From Candidatus Gottesmanbacteria bacterium RIFCSPLOWO2_01_FULL_43_11b (GTDB lineage: Bacteria; Patescibacteriota; Microgenomatia; UBA10105; UBA927): a stretch of 64,000 nucleotides of DNA. Made by a program: the position numbers and the translations under genes. Shown piece after piece: positions 1-11,661 of this stretch; position 1 is the stretch's first letter; each line of letters starts with the position of its first letter. The notes beneath the pieces are model-generated. The model ran no database searches, had not been told where the DNA came from, and was given only the letters and a program-made list of their open reading frames with translations. The stretch covers positions 629,466 through 693,465 of the forward strand of contig MFJV01000001.1 of NCBI GenBank assembly GCA_001780985.1, in the 5' to 3' direction.

Positions 1-290
1 GTGACGGCAATGATGGAAGGTTTGATTTTATCAACAACAGCAAAATATTCTTGGTCAGAATGCATTGGAGGAAGTGCAATAACTTCATTAATTATAGAGA
101 GTGATTCAAGCATTTCTTTGCGTTGACTCTGGGAATGAATCGGCCGTGCTTCACCTTTGGTTTTTCGCACGTTTTCATCCGACTCAAGAAGAACAATTAA
201 ATGATCACCGAGTTTTTTTGCTTCCCGAAGGAAGACAATATGACCGTAGTGAATAAAATCAAAACACCCGCCGACCAACACCTTTTTCAT
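1..290 (-). CDS. Cytidylyltransferase-fold nucleotidyltransferase (HxGH motif); partial, 3' end beyond window. Possibly NMN/NaMN adenylyltransferase given the NAPRTase neighbour.
   Basis: Minus-strand translation from ATG at 290: MKKVLVGGCFDFIHYGHIVFLREAKKLGDHLIVLLESDENV... GxFDxxHxGH nucleotidyltransferase signature. 9 nt downstream of the NAPRTase stop. Confidence 0.55.
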   Translation of the reverse strand, partial: MKKVLVGGCFDFIHYGHIVFLREAKKLGDHLIVLLESDENVRKTKGEARPIHSQSQRKEMLESLSIINEVIALPPMHSDQEYFAVVDKIKPSIIAV

Positions 291-299
291 AGAGTTTTA

Positions 300-1352
300 T
301 TATCGCATTTTTTTCAGTCTTTCGTTAGGCTTATATTCCCTTCCGACTTTTGCAATGGGTTTGAGCGAATTAAGATTTGCACCAACGCCGACAATATCCA
401 TCGTAGCCGCTCGTACGGAGAATAGTTCTCCAACTCCTACGGCGTCAAATAATTTCATTTTTAGTTTTTTTTCCGCATGCACAAATGCTTCGAGTTTTTG
501 TTTATTCCCAAACCCACTCGAAAGGACGATTTTAATTTGAGAGAATCCGGCTTTATTGAGTTCTTTTCTTAATGCAGTGATACCAGAGACACTAACACCT
601 CGACTAAACTTAGTTCCCTGCATGATATTTTCTCCGGCAGTATCGACGCGGACACCCCAAAGATTTTTTATGGCCTCGGCGCAGGCGAGAGAATCATCAA
701 TTTCTTTATTGCGAAAGTCGACAAGGGCAACTCGAGGTATTCGCTTATCTATCCATTTATCGAACGCACGCGTGCTCGAAACTACCGCCTGGTCCGGGCC
801 AAATTTCCATGCAAAAACGCACTCTAGTGAATGGGGAATAGTGCCGACTGGTTTTTGTCTGGCGACTGCCGCGCCAACTTGCGTGGATGCAGCAGCAGCC
901 CCTCCGCGGAACACCGCTTTCGAAATTTCCGCATCATTTCTATAGTGCCAATGACGAGCGCCGAAATAATAGAGAGGTCTTCCGGACAGAATATTCACAA
1001 GATTTCTCGTTCGTCTTGTTATATCTCTCAAAGATATATCACAATGATCATTTGCTTTTGTGGTTGCAGCACTTATGATTCCGAGGAGAACTGTTTCGAG
1101 CGGGATAATATCTTGAGCGCGGCCTTCCAGCAGAAGCACGGTTTCCATTGATCTGTATTTGTCACCGTCAGAAAGAGCAAATATTTTAAGATCAATAGAG
1201 GTTTCAATAATAGTTAAGGCTTCACGGACGCCAAATATTTTTCCTGGCCTCTTTCGCAAAAAAACTTGCGCGCGTACAAAAGGATTTAAACCTTCTTTTT
1301 CTAAAATATATTTTGACCGTTGGAAATAAATGTCTGTGAATGGTTCGATCAT
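300..1352 (-). CDS. Nicotinate phosphoribosyltransferase family protein
   Basis: ORF 300..1388; probable start MIEPFTDIYFQ, typical of the NAPRTase/quinolinate PRTase fold. Overlaps the VanW stop by 4 nt. Confidence 0.55.
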   Translation of the reverse strand: MIEPFTDIYFQRSKYILEKEGLNPFVRAQVFLRKRPGKIFGVREALTIIETSIDLKIFALSDGDKYRSMETVLLLEGRAQDIIPLETVLLGIISAATTKANDHCDISLRDITRRTRNLVNILSGRPLYYFGARHWHYRNDAEISKAVFRGGAAAASTQVGAAVARQKPVGTIPHSLECVFAWKFGPDQAVVSSTRAFDKWIDKRIPRVALVDFRNKEIDDSLACAEAIKNLWGVRVDTAGENIMQGTKFSRGVSVSGITALRKELNKAGFSQIKIVLSSGFGNKQKLEAFVHAEKKLKMKLFDAVGVGELFSVRAATMDIVGVGANLNSLKPIAKVGREYKPNERLKKMR

Positions 1353-2716
1353 TGCTGCACTGGACCACGCAAGTATACTGCCTGCCAAGGGCGAAAGTTG
1401 GAGAAAAACGTTTTTTTTGTGAGCGTTTCACCGTTTTTTGTAACTAAATAATCAAACGATGCTTTTGCTCCTTTCGCGGCCCAGTCGACTTGTTTCACCT
1501 CTCCAGGAGCAAGGGTGGGATCATCTTGGTAGAGATCGGGAGGAGCCGGGGTTATATCCCAAACTTTGTGGTTGAGAATTTGAGCGGTTCTCCCGTCACC
1601 CGTACCGTAGAGTTCAAACGTCAACGTTTGTTTTCTGGTATCAGTTTTTGCCTGTATAAGAATATAGTTATTTGTATTATTTGTAAATTTCAAATCATAG
1701 TTTGGTGAATAGACAGTTGCATCAAGACCCGGTTTAAACCCGCCATCTTCGTAAAAATGTACACGGTATGCGTGTGCGTATCGTTCAATAACGGGAAGAC
1801 CGGCAGCCAAAGCAGCACGAAAGAGTGTTGTCGAAACCTGACAAACTCCTCCTCCGTCTCCCAACACTGTTCTGCCGTCTTTAATAATATATGCCGATTG
1901 ATATCCCGTTGCAGCGGAAATATCTCCGACAGTGTCGTTAAATGAAAATACTTCTCCGGGTTTAATAAGGACACCATTAATCCGAGATGCAGCCAAAACT
2001 ATATTGTGGACTCTTCCGGCAATTGAACCGGCGAAGGTGGAATAGCCTTGTCCTATGAGTTCTTTGATGCCGAAGTCATTGACTTCGTCAGTTGTTATAG
2101 AAGGTGCAATTGTGTCAACGACAAGCGGGACGGAAAATATATGGTCTTTGGTTTGGGGTACGGTAGATAGAATTTTTTCAAATTGTTTTTTAGTTTCATC
2201 AATATTAAGACTTCGCCCTTCCCGCGATGGGCGAAACATCGTCACCCGCCCTTGATTAAATTGAAAAAGTGCGTCAGAAACGGGAATATTGATGTCGTCT
2301 TCAAGCAATTCGAGTGTTTCATCCAATACGTTTGAATTCCATCGAAATGAAAGAGAAAGATTGGTTGGTTGCAGGTATTTATGAAAGAGGTCGGAGAAAA
2401 AATATCCTGATCTTCCGACAAGATAGCTTTGGGTTGCCGAAAGAGTCGCATCATATCCTACGTCGAGAAGACTTCCCGAAAGTGATGCTACTTCATTTTC
2501 AAAACGCAATTCAAACACTGCCTTTTGAAATGGTTCATTCTGATTTTGCCAATAGGAGATAATTTCTTGTCGCGTTTTTCCTTCAAAAAGTTTTCCATTA
2601 ATCGAAACACCCGGATATGCCTTTCCCCTATAGTGAGTTTCGAAGGTTATTGACGCAAAAAGTACGACTGAAAAAATAAGAAGAGTTACTATAAGAACAT
2701 TTTTTTTATGCGTCAT
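1349..2716 (-). CDS. VanW domain membrane-anchored protein
   Basis: VanW-like block GVLIKPGEVFSFNDTVG...GYQSAYIIKDGRTVLGDGGGVCQVSTTLF. N-terminal TM VLIVTLLIFSVVLFA. Start set at MTHKK (2716); the longer ORF to 3085 is antisense to the Pro-rich region of the next gene. Confidence 0.6.
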   Translation of the reverse strand: MTHKKNVLIVTLLIFSVVLFASITFETHYRGKAYPGVSINGKLFEGKTRQEIISYWQNQNEPFQKAVFELRFENEVASLSGSLLDVGYDATLSATQSYLVGRSGYFFSDLFHKYLQPTNLSLSFRWNSNVLDETLELLEDDINIPVSDALFQFNQGRVTMFRPSREGRSLNIDETKKQFEKILSTVPQTKDHIFSVPLVVDTIAPSITTDEVNDFGIKELIGQGYSTFAGSIAGRVHNIVLAASRINGVLIKPGEVFSFNDTVGDISAATGYQSAYIIKDGRTVLGDGGGVCQVSTTLFRAALAAGLPVIERYAHAYRVHFYEDGGFKPGLDATVYSPNYDLKFTNNTNNYILIQAKTDTRKQTLTFELYGTGDGRTAQILNHKVWDITPAPPDLYQDDPTLAPGEVKQVDWAAKGAKASFDYLVTKNGETLTKKTFFSNFRPWQAVYLRGPVQQ

Positions 2717-2744
2717 GGTATGATAATTATATACGGAATAATCT

Positions 2745-4208
2745 ATGGAAACACCATCAACTACACCGACGGTAGATTTACCACCGACACCTCCACAACC
2801 GCCTCCCCCCCCTGTTGAAACAGTGGTTGTTCCTGCCTCACCACCACCTAATCCAACATTCCCGAATCCTACGCCTACCTCTCCTGCTCCTTCGGGCAAT
2901 CCATTCGGCAAGATTCTCAAACTTACCATCGTTTTAGTGGTTCTCACTGCACTTTTTTTCGGTGGAAAATTTGCCTGGGAGACATTTAGCGCAAGTAAAG
3001 AGGTAACAATAACATACTGGGGCCTTTGGGAAAATGACGCCAACGTCAGAAATTTAATTGCTGATTTTGAATCCAGTAATCCCAAAATAAAAGTTCAATA
3101 TACAAAACAATCTCCTAAGCAATATCGTGAACGACTTCAGGCAGCAATTGCCCGAGGTGAAGGACCTGATGTTTTCCGTTTTCACAACACCTGGGTAGTC
3201 ATGCTTGCGCGGGATCTTTCCCGAGTTCCGCCTACCATAATGACCGAGACTGAATTCTCGTCCTCTTTTTATCCCGTGGCAACAGGAGATCTTGTTTCCG
3301 GCAGCACCATTTATGGTATTCCGCTCATGTTCGACGGCTTGGCGCTTTATTATAACGAGGATTTACTCTCGACTGCCGGAGTCAGTGTTCCGACCACATG
3401 GAACGATGTTCTTGATATGGTCCCGAAACTTACGGTCAAAGGCGAAGAGGGAATCGTCACAAGCGCTATTGCATTGGGAACTACAGGTAACGTTGAGCAT
3501 TTTAGCGATATTTTAGCTACCATGATTATGCAAAACGGAGCAAAACTCACTAATCTCACGACTAAAGAAGCACAGGAAGCGCTTATTTTCTACCATAAAT
3601 TTGCTGATCCTTCCGACCCGGTCTATACATGGGATGAATCACTCGATAATTCTATTTCAGCATTCGCAAACGGAAGAGTAGCGATGATTCTGGCTCCTTC
3701 TTGGCGTGTTTTTGACATTAAACAAATAAACCCAAGTCTTCGGTTTCAGACTGCTCCAATTCCACAACTTCCGGGGAATACGATCACATGGGCCTCCTAC
3801 TGGGTTGAGGGTGTGTCGGCAAAGAGTAAATTCCAAGAACAAGCCTGGCAGTTCGTCAAATATTTGACAAGCCGTGAAACAGCAACAAAACTCTACACAG
3901 AAATATCAACAAGTCGGCTTTTTGGTGAACCATACGCCCGGGTTGATCTCGGAACAAGTCTTACAGCAGATCCGCTAGTCGGTGCATACATTAAACAAGC
4001 TGCGACAGCCAAATCATTCCCATTGGCATCCCGCACTTTTGACAATGGTATCAATGATAAATTAATCAAATACCTTGAAGATGCTGTCAACAGTGTGTTA
4101 TCCGGTAATTCTCCCCAAAAAGCACTCGAAACCGCTCAATCCGGATTTACACAAGTGTTGTCTAGCTACGGACTTTCTTCTGCCTCGACTGCTCCCTCAT
4201 CGCAATGA
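2745..4208 (+). CDS. Extracellular solute-binding protein (ABC family 1-like) with Pro-rich N-terminus and TM anchor
   Basis: 487 aa. PTPPQPPPPP low-complexity N-terminus, TM LTIVLVVLTALFF, then SBP-like domain (ITYWGLWENDANV..., YGIPLMFDGLALYYN). Confidence 0.55.
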   Translation: METPSTTPTVDLPPTPPQPPPPPVETVVVPASPPPNPTFPNPTPTSPAPSGNPFGKILKLTIVLVVLTALFFGGKFAWETFSASKEVTITYWGLWENDANVRNLIADFESSNPKIKVQYTKQSPKQYRERLQAAIARGEGPDVFRFHNTWVVMLARDLSRVPPTIMTETEFSSSFYPVATGDLVSGSTIYGIPLMFDGLALYYNEDLLSTAGVSVPTTWNDVLDMVPKLTVKGEEGIVTSAIALGTTGNVEHFSDILATMIMQNGAKLTNLTTKEAQEALIFYHKFADPSDPVYTWDESLDNSISAFANGRVAMILAPSWRVFDIKQINPSLRFQTAPIPQLPGNTITWASYWVEGVSAKSKFQEQAWQFVKYLTSRETATKLYTEISTSRLFGEPYARVDLGTSLTADPLVGAYIKQAATAKSFPLASRTFDNGINDKLIKYLEDAVNSVLSGNSPQKALETAQSGFTQVLSSYGLSSASTAPSSQ

Positions 4209-5041
4209 ATCTGACATTACTTTATGCGGATATTTTTGACTGGCCACTTTCAAAGGAAGAACTTTTTTTTTGGAAAATAAATTTTCCTGCACGGATTGCA
4301 AGCGTAATGGACAATGGTTTTTATGTGCTTCCTCGGAGACAGAAACTTGTGCAAATTCGTAAAAAAAAGGAATTCTACGCAGTGAAAAAATGGGAAATTG
4401 CACGCAGGGTGGCAGTATGGATGCGATGGATTCCTACGATTACTCTCGTGGGTGTGACCGGAGGGTTAGCAAGAAATAACGTGAATCAAAACGATGACAT
4501 CGACCTATTTTGTATAACCAAACCCGGGACACTATGGATAAGTAGACTTATGGCAATTATCATAGTTGAACTTCTCGGAATGCGAAGGCGACCTACCGAT
4601 ACAGATGTTACAAATAAAATTTGTCTCAATATGTTCATGAGTGAAGACGCATTATCAGTTAAGAAAAACGAACAAGATCTCTTTACGGCATATGAAGTTT
4701 TGCAAATGATACCGTTATGGGAAAAAGAAGGAGCGTATAAAAAATTTCTCGATGCAAATAGATGGTCCGCAGGATTTTTACCACATGCATGGAAGGGGCG
4801 AGTCAAAGATCAAGGGTCATGGGTAAAAAGTACTATGCAAGGGTCACTATTTACAGTTTTTGAACCTTTGGCAAAAACTATACAACTTTGGTATATGAGA
4901 AAGCGTAGGACAACAGAAGTCATTACTCCGGGAAATCTCCGTTTTCACCCCCATGATGCACGAATTTGGGTAAAAAGAGAGTTTGCTAAGCGACTTTCCC
5001 GCTATAATCTCCCCCTTGACAAGATTTTTTACGGCGGTTAA
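4205..5041 (+). CDS. Nucleotidyltransferase-fold protein (Pol-beta superfamily motif), unknown substrate
   Basis: GVTGGLARNNVNQNDDIDLFCI matches the hG[GS]-x9-13-DhD NTase motif. Start ATG overlaps the SBP stop (ATGA), indicating translational coupling. Confidence 0.45.
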   Translation: MNLTLLYADIFDWPLSKEELFFWKINFPARIASVMDNGFYVLPRRQKLVQIRKKKEFYAVKKWEIARRVAVWMRWIPTITLVGVTGGLARNNVNQNDDIDLFCITKPGTLWISRLMAIIIVELLGMRRRPTDTDVTNKICLNMFMSEDALSVKKNEQDLFTAYEVLQMIPLWEKEGAYKKFLDANRWSAGFLPHAWKGRVKDQGSWVKSTMQGSLFTVFEPLAKTIQLWYMRKRRTTEVITPGNLRFHPHDARIWVKREFAKRLSRYNLPLDKIFYGG

Positions 5042-5079
5042 AATAGCAGTCATTCCTTAAGACTGCCAAAATAGAATAT

Positions 5080-7018
<1,939 letters not shown>

Positions 7019-7036
7019 GGATGGTATAATGCGGTC

Positions 7037-7666
7037 ATGCCTGATGATCCGCTTAAGTCCTCGGCAATAGTCTATAACTCAATTGCGTTAACATACGCAC
7101 GACAGATAGAAGAATATGCTCCTGTGCCAGAACGAGATGAATTCATTTCTGTGCTTCCAAGCCAAGGGAAGATTTTAGACGTCGGGTGTGCGGCAGGCAG
7201 AGACAGCGGATATTTTTCCTCAAAAGGATTTTCAGTTGTAGGGGTAGATTTATCAGGAAAACTTCTTGAAATTGCACGAAAAAAATTTCCACATATAGAT
7301 TTTTTTAAACAGGATTTTCGCTCGCATGATTTTCCGAAAGAATCTTTTAACGGAATTTGGGCATGTGCATCACTTTTGCACCTTAAAAGAACAGAAATTC
7401 CGGCGGTTCTCCGTCAATTTTTCGCTCTTCTTAAACCCAAGGGCATTTTATATATCCAAGTAAAAGAAGGAAAAGGAGAAAAAGACGTTGTTGATATATT
7501 ATCATCCGGTCAATCCCGCCACTTTACCTTTTTTGAGATAGGTGAACTAAAACAGTTTTTAGAAGAAGCGGGATTTCGTGTTGAGAAAATCTATGTCTTT
7601 AATGAAAAGGAACGAACGAGAGGACACCGAGACCTGCTTTGGATCAGTAGCTTTTCAAAGAAATAA
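7037..7666 (+). CDS. Class I SAM-dependent methyltransferase
   Basis: Motif I LDVGCAAGRDSGYF; 209 aa. Confidence 0.6.
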   Translation: MPDDPLKSSAIVYNSIALTYARQIEEYAPVPERDEFISVLPSQGKILDVGCAAGRDSGYFSSKGFSVVGVDLSGKLLEIARKKFPHIDFFKQDFRSHDFPKESFNGIWACASLLHLKRTEIPAVLRQFFALLKPKGILYIQVKEGKGEKDVVDILSSGQSRHFTFFEIGELKQFLEEAGFRVEKIYVFNEKERTRGHRDLLWISSFSKK

Positions 7667-7717
7667 TTCTATTTTGCTAATATTAACATGGTAACTCGTT
7701 GATATGAAGCAAGGTCG

Positions 7718-8317
7718 TTATTTTATCGTGAGCGCGGGGAGGACTTCGAGGGGATTAATCGGGACATCGTCTTGGTAGATTTCAAGGTGGAGGTGGTAGC
7801 CGGTTGCCCAGCCAGTTGCGCCAACGGTTCCTAAAGACGTTGCCTTGGATACTTCCTGTCCTGGGGTTACGGCAATTTTTGATAGGTGAGCATAGAGCGA
7901 TTTAATTCCACGCTCATGGGTAACCAAGAGATGATTCCCGTATCCCACAGATTGGTTTTGCGTCCAGGAGACGGTTCCTGCGGCAACGGGGAACAGTGGA
8001 GCGCCTAGAGGGGCCGTCAAATCTATTCCCGGGTGCCCTAGAGAGAATCGTGACGTGAGGCCAAATTTACTCATCGGCCATTGAAAGAAAGCATCAGTTG
8101 CTGACATTTCTATGGTTGTTTCTTGGGTCGCGAGGGTTACTTCGAGAGTATAAGCTATATCATTTGCTTGAGGAATGATAATTGCAGAAAAGAAAGTAAA
8201 TCCGGCCAAATTCACTCCAATAATCTGCAGCACATTGAGCCGCTCAATTTTTTTGCGGATGGTGAGGCTGAATTTGTGGAAGTGATGAAGCATATTTGCC
8301 CTCAGACCAAAAACCAC
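7718..8317 (-). CDS. M23 family metallopeptidase (LytM-like)
   Basis: GYGNHLLVTHERGIKSLYAHLSKIAVTPGQEV...GATGWATGYHLHLEI (HxH plus HLH motifs). N-terminal TM. Confidence 0.7.
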   Translation of the reverse strand: MVFGLRANMLHHFHKFSLTIRKKIERLNVLQIIGVNLAGFTFFSAIIIPQANDIAYTLEVTLATQETTIEMSATDAFFQWPMSKFGLTSRFSLGHPGIDLTAPLGAPLFPVAAGTVSWTQNQSVGYGNHLLVTHERGIKSLYAHLSKIAVTPGQEVSKATSLGTVGATGWATGYHLHLEIYQDDVPINPLEVLPALTIK

Positions 8318-8404
8318 TCCGAAGACAGGAGTGGCAAGAGTTAGATCCTATCAAAAACTAAGGCGGTAGTCAAATTTGGAGCGTTATGTTATGATCGAAT
8401 TCCT

Positions 8405-9292
8405 ATGGGGCGCAAATTGGCTGTTCTAGCACTTCTCGTTGTCTTCGTGGCGCTTATTTTTGGTGCTATACGTTTTTTTATGAATCGATCCCCACGCCTT
8501 GGTGAACTTCGCGTTGACAGTTCTCCAACGGTAAGTATTTCACTGGATAATAATCATTTAGGGAGAAGTCCATTTCAAGACAAAGTACAGGCGGGTGAAT
8601 ACACTATAAAGCTAACACCTGAGTCTACAATAGACCAACTCGCAAGTTGGCAGGGGAAAATTTCCGTCGGGCAAAACCTCCTAACCTACGTTAATGCAAA
8701 TATTGCAGAATCGGAGTTAACAACAGCAGTGGACCTTCTTTGGCTTGAAAAAATATCAAGCAAAAATACGGAACTTTCTCTTACCACAAATCCTGATGGT
8801 GCGACGGTTCTGGTTGATAACGAGACAAGGGGGGTGTCGCCGCTCACCCTAAGCGACATTACCCCAGGCGACCACACGCTTTCGGTGACAAGTCCGGGTT
8901 TTGCGCCGCGTAATTTAAAAATTAAAACGACAGCAGGGTACAAACTCATCGTGTCGATGAAGCTTGCGTTAAGCTCCAATATCTCACCAACACCGGAGGC
9001 GACCAGTTCTCCGACACCATCGGTTAGTGTAACGCCGACATTAAAAATTACCCCAACAAAAGCCGCCACCTCATCTGCTGATCCTGCAAAACCTTTTGCC
9101 ATTATTAAAGATACGCCAACTGGATTTTTACGTGTTCGCATGGAGCCGTCAACAGCAGCAACTGAGGCGGCGCGGGTTAACCCCGGTGAAAAATATCACA
9201 TCTATGATGAAAAGAGCGGGTGGTACAAAATCCAATACGAAGGAACCAGTAAAGGTTGGATCTCCGGTCAATACGCTGAAAAAGTTGAGTAG
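8405..9292 (+). CDS. PEGA domain / SH3b domain surface protein
   Basis: N-terminal TM; PEGA-like GATVLVDNETRGVSPLTLSDITPGDHTLSVTSPGFAP; S/T/P-rich linker; C-terminal SH3b-like GEKYHIYDEKSGWYKIQYEGTSKGWISGQY. Confidence 0.5.
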   Translation: MGRKLAVLALLVVFVALIFGAIRFFMNRSPRLGELRVDSSPTVSISLDNNHLGRSPFQDKVQAGEYTIKLTPESTIDQLASWQGKISVGQNLLTYVNANIAESELTTAVDLLWLEKISSKNTELSLTTNPDGATVLVDNETRGVSPLTLSDITPGDHTLSVTSPGFAPRNLKIKTTAGYKLIVSMKLALSSNISPTPEATSSPTPSVSVTPTLKITPTKAATSSADPAKPFAIIKDTPTGFLRVRMEPSTAATEAARVNPGEKYHIYDEKSGWYKIQYEGTSKGWISGQYAEKVE

Positions 9293-9295
9293 AAG

Positions 9296-10234
9296 TTATC
9301 CTCCGATTCCGTAGACTACGACGAAGACACTAGCAACCCACAGAATAACGGTTGATAACAGAGGAAAGTCAGATGTGAGGATTTGTTCGGGCGATTCACC
9401 CTTTCCTTCATAGATAAGCTGCATGTAGCGCATGATCCCAAAAAGCACAAACGGAATCGTGATCATCATCCATTTGCGTTCAGGAAGTTCCGGTGCAAAA
9501 TCCATATAGTTGCGAAAGAAGAATCCCTCTGTGACCGGTCGGGCGAGAAACGTAAAGTAAGAATACGTAATGAAGGTTGAATTGGCAAACATAGCAGTAT
9601 AGGTATCGAGAAGTTTTTCCGAATAGTGAGTGAGGCTCGCGCGTGTATCTTTTGGTACAACTTCATTATAACTTTGGAGAAGTGTAAGTTCTGCCCGTCG
9701 TTTTCCGATCGCAAGAAAAAGCGCTAAAGAGAGGGCTGCCATCGCAAGCCAAATAGAAATATGGTATCCCGTTGCCGCTTCCCCTGCATAGACGCGTAAA
9801 AAATACGCTGTTGTTATGGTGAGAATATCAACAACTGAGACATGCTTAAGAATCAGCGAATAGGAGTATTGAATGAGTATAAAAACCACGGAAAGAATAA
9901 AAAACGATCTGCCGAGAGTAAAACTTATAGCCATTCCACCAAGTAAGAAGATAAACGCGAGTGAAAAAGCAAGCCATACAGGCACCTTTCTACTTGCTAT
10001 CGGGCGAAATTTTTTGAATGGATGTTTACGATCACGTGGTGCATCAAGAATATCATTAAAAAGATAGTTGCTCGAGGAAAGTAAACAAAACGCAATAAAA
10101 GCCCATGCGGTTGCGGTGAATGCGGGAAGGTAAAAAAATTGCCCGCTAAAAAGAAGGACAGTGAAGAGTGCAAGATTTTTTAACCACTGTCTGGGTCTTG
10201 CGGCTTTGATAATTGCGTAAAGAAGTTGACCCAT
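9296..10234 (-). CDS. UbiA family prenyltransferase (decaprenyl-phosphate phosphoribosyltransferase-like)
   Basis: IIKAARPRQWLKNLALF... NDILDAPRDRKHPFKKFRPIASRKV (NDxxDxxxD motif); multiple TM helices. ORF extends to 10369; start placed at MGQLLY to match the family N-terminus. Confidence 0.6.
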   Translation of the reverse strand: MGQLLYAIIKAARPRQWLKNLALFTVLLFSGQFFYLPAFTATAWAFIAFCLLSSSNYLFNDILDAPRDRKHPFKKFRPIASRKVPVWLAFSLAFIFLLGGMAISFTLGRSFFILSVVFILIQYSYSLILKHVSVVDILTITTAYFLRVYAGEAATGYHISIWLAMAALSLALFLAIGKRRAELTLLQSYNEVVPKDTRASLTHYSEKLLDTYTAMFANSTFITYSYFTFLARPVTEGFFFRNYMDFAPELPERKWMMITIPFVLFGIMRYMQLIYEGKGESPEQILTSDFPLLSTVILWVASVFVVVYGIGG

Positions 10235-11262
10235 ATGAGAAACATGCCAACAAGTACCGCCAACAGAAGTAGCGTAAATACTTTTTGTTGGCTGGTAACC
10301 GACAGAGCGATCCACCCCAGTATAGCCGACACCCCCCAGTAAAACAAGGCAATTCGTCGTTTTCCCCACCCCAGATTTAGAAGTCGATGGTGGAGATGTC
10401 CTCTGTCAGCAGCAACGAGAGAACGGCCTTTTCCCATACGACGAATCAGAGTATAGGCGGCATCCATCATGGGAACGCCAAGGACCAAAAGTGCGGTTCC
10501 AAGTTTTCCAAAAGACAGTATGCCCAAAAGTGCCAGTAAAAATCCTGCAAGAGTTTTTCCTCCATAGCCAGGCATTATTTTTTGCGGGTAGACATTCCAT
10601 GGGAGAAATCCTAAGAATGCACCACTTACGATGAACGCAAATGTCGTAACCCATACCTGATTTGGATCAATAGTACTGTAGCGAAGAGAGAGAAGTCCCA
10701 AAACAAACGCAGAAATTGCAACGAAGCCAGGCATCTGGCCATCAACCCCCGCAGACCATCCAATAATATTCATCGTCCACATAATCCAAAGGAAGGCAAA
10801 AAGATCTGCCCAGATAAGTACGGAGTGAGGACCAAAAAACATGAAGGTAACTCTCCACGTATCAAGATGAATAAGTGTTCCGGTGAAAGGATTTGTTAAA
10901 TACGGAATGCCAGCACCGGCACCGATGGCAACAATCGCTGCCAAAGCATTTGTTGCCAAACGAACCATCGGATTGACATCCTTTTTATCGTCAAAGAGAC
11001 CGACAACTATAAGGACAGTTGCTCCCGCAAGGATACCGATCATGAGTTTTGTCATTGGGATAAAGAAAAGAAGTGAAAGAGCAATGGCAATATAGAGCGC
11101 TAAGCCTCCGGCACGAGGGATGATGCCATGGTGCGTATGGGCAGGGTGGTAACGGGTTTTTGGGTCATCAACCAAACCAAATCGACGAGCCATGGGAATG
11201 ATAACAGGAGTGATAAGAAATGTGAGGAGCGAGGCTATGACAAGCGGGAAAGTTAAATTCAT
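10180..11262 (-). CDS. Glycosyltransferase family 4 (MraY/WecA-like polyprenyl-phosphate sugar-1-phosphate transferase)
   Basis: 360 aa polytopic membrane protein with MraY/WecA-like blocks (DDKKDVNP, ALLVLGVPMMDAAYTLIRRM, HLHHRLL). Confidence 0.6.
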   Translation of the reverse strand: MNLTFPLVIASLLTFLITPVIIPMARRFGLVDDPKTRYHPAHTHHGIIPRAGGLALYIAIALSLLFFIPMTKLMIGILAGATVLIVVGLFDDKKDVNPMVRLATNALAAIVAIGAGAGIPYLTNPFTGTLIHLDTWRVTFMFFGPHSVLIWADLFAFLWIMWTMNIIGWSAGVDGQMPGFVAISAFVLGLLSLRYSTIDPNQVWVTTFAFIVSGAFLGFLPWNVYPQKIMPGYGGKTLAGFLLALLGILSFGKLGTALLVLGVPMMDAAYTLIRRMGKGRSLVAADRGHLHHRLLNLGWGKRRIALFYWGVSAILGWIALSVTSQQKVFTLLLLAVLVGMFLIWVNFFTQLSKPQDPDSG

Positions 11263-11268
11263 ATAGGT

Positions 11269-11661
11269 TTAGCTCACCAAAAAAAGAATATTACAGAGTG
11301 TGATGAAAGAAAGGACGCTCACGACAAGCGAAGTGAGCGCAAGCGTTTGAGTGAAAATAAGATACTCCCTCGTAATTGAGGTTGCAATGACAACATTGAT
11401 GATATACCAGACTACGGATCCGAGAGGGAGTAAAAATAACCACAAAGGATTTCCGAGTTGATCAGCACCCCACGGACGTGAGTAAAAAATCGGTACCTCC
11501 GGCGGAAGGGTTCTCCACTTCACAAGAAGAATCGCAAGAGATGCAATGAAGAATACGAGAATCATTCTGTTGACCAAAGCAATAATCCAATTTGTAGAAA
11601 GGATTCGCCAGGTACGGTAGCTCGAAGAAGCTGCTTGCGATATGAGTATCGGTACGTTCAT
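11269..11661 (-). CDS. Small integral membrane protein, hypothetical
   Basis: 130 aa, 3-4 predicted TM helices. Its start overlaps the stop of the upstream GT39 gene. Confidence 0.4.
   Translation of the reverse strand: MNVPILISQAASSSYRTWRILSTNWIIALVNRMILVFFIASLAILLVKWRTLPPEVPIFYSRPWGADQLGNPLWLFLLPLGSVVWYIINVVIATSITREYLIFTQTLALTSLVVSVLSFITLCNILFLVS

Noticed and set aside
2717-3085. N-terminal extension of the VanW ORF (MGLLDSK...GGGGGCGGVGG)
   Set aside because: It is antisense to the proline-rich coding region of the plus-strand solute-binding protein (Gly runs mirror Pro runs). The start was placed at the internal MTHKK.
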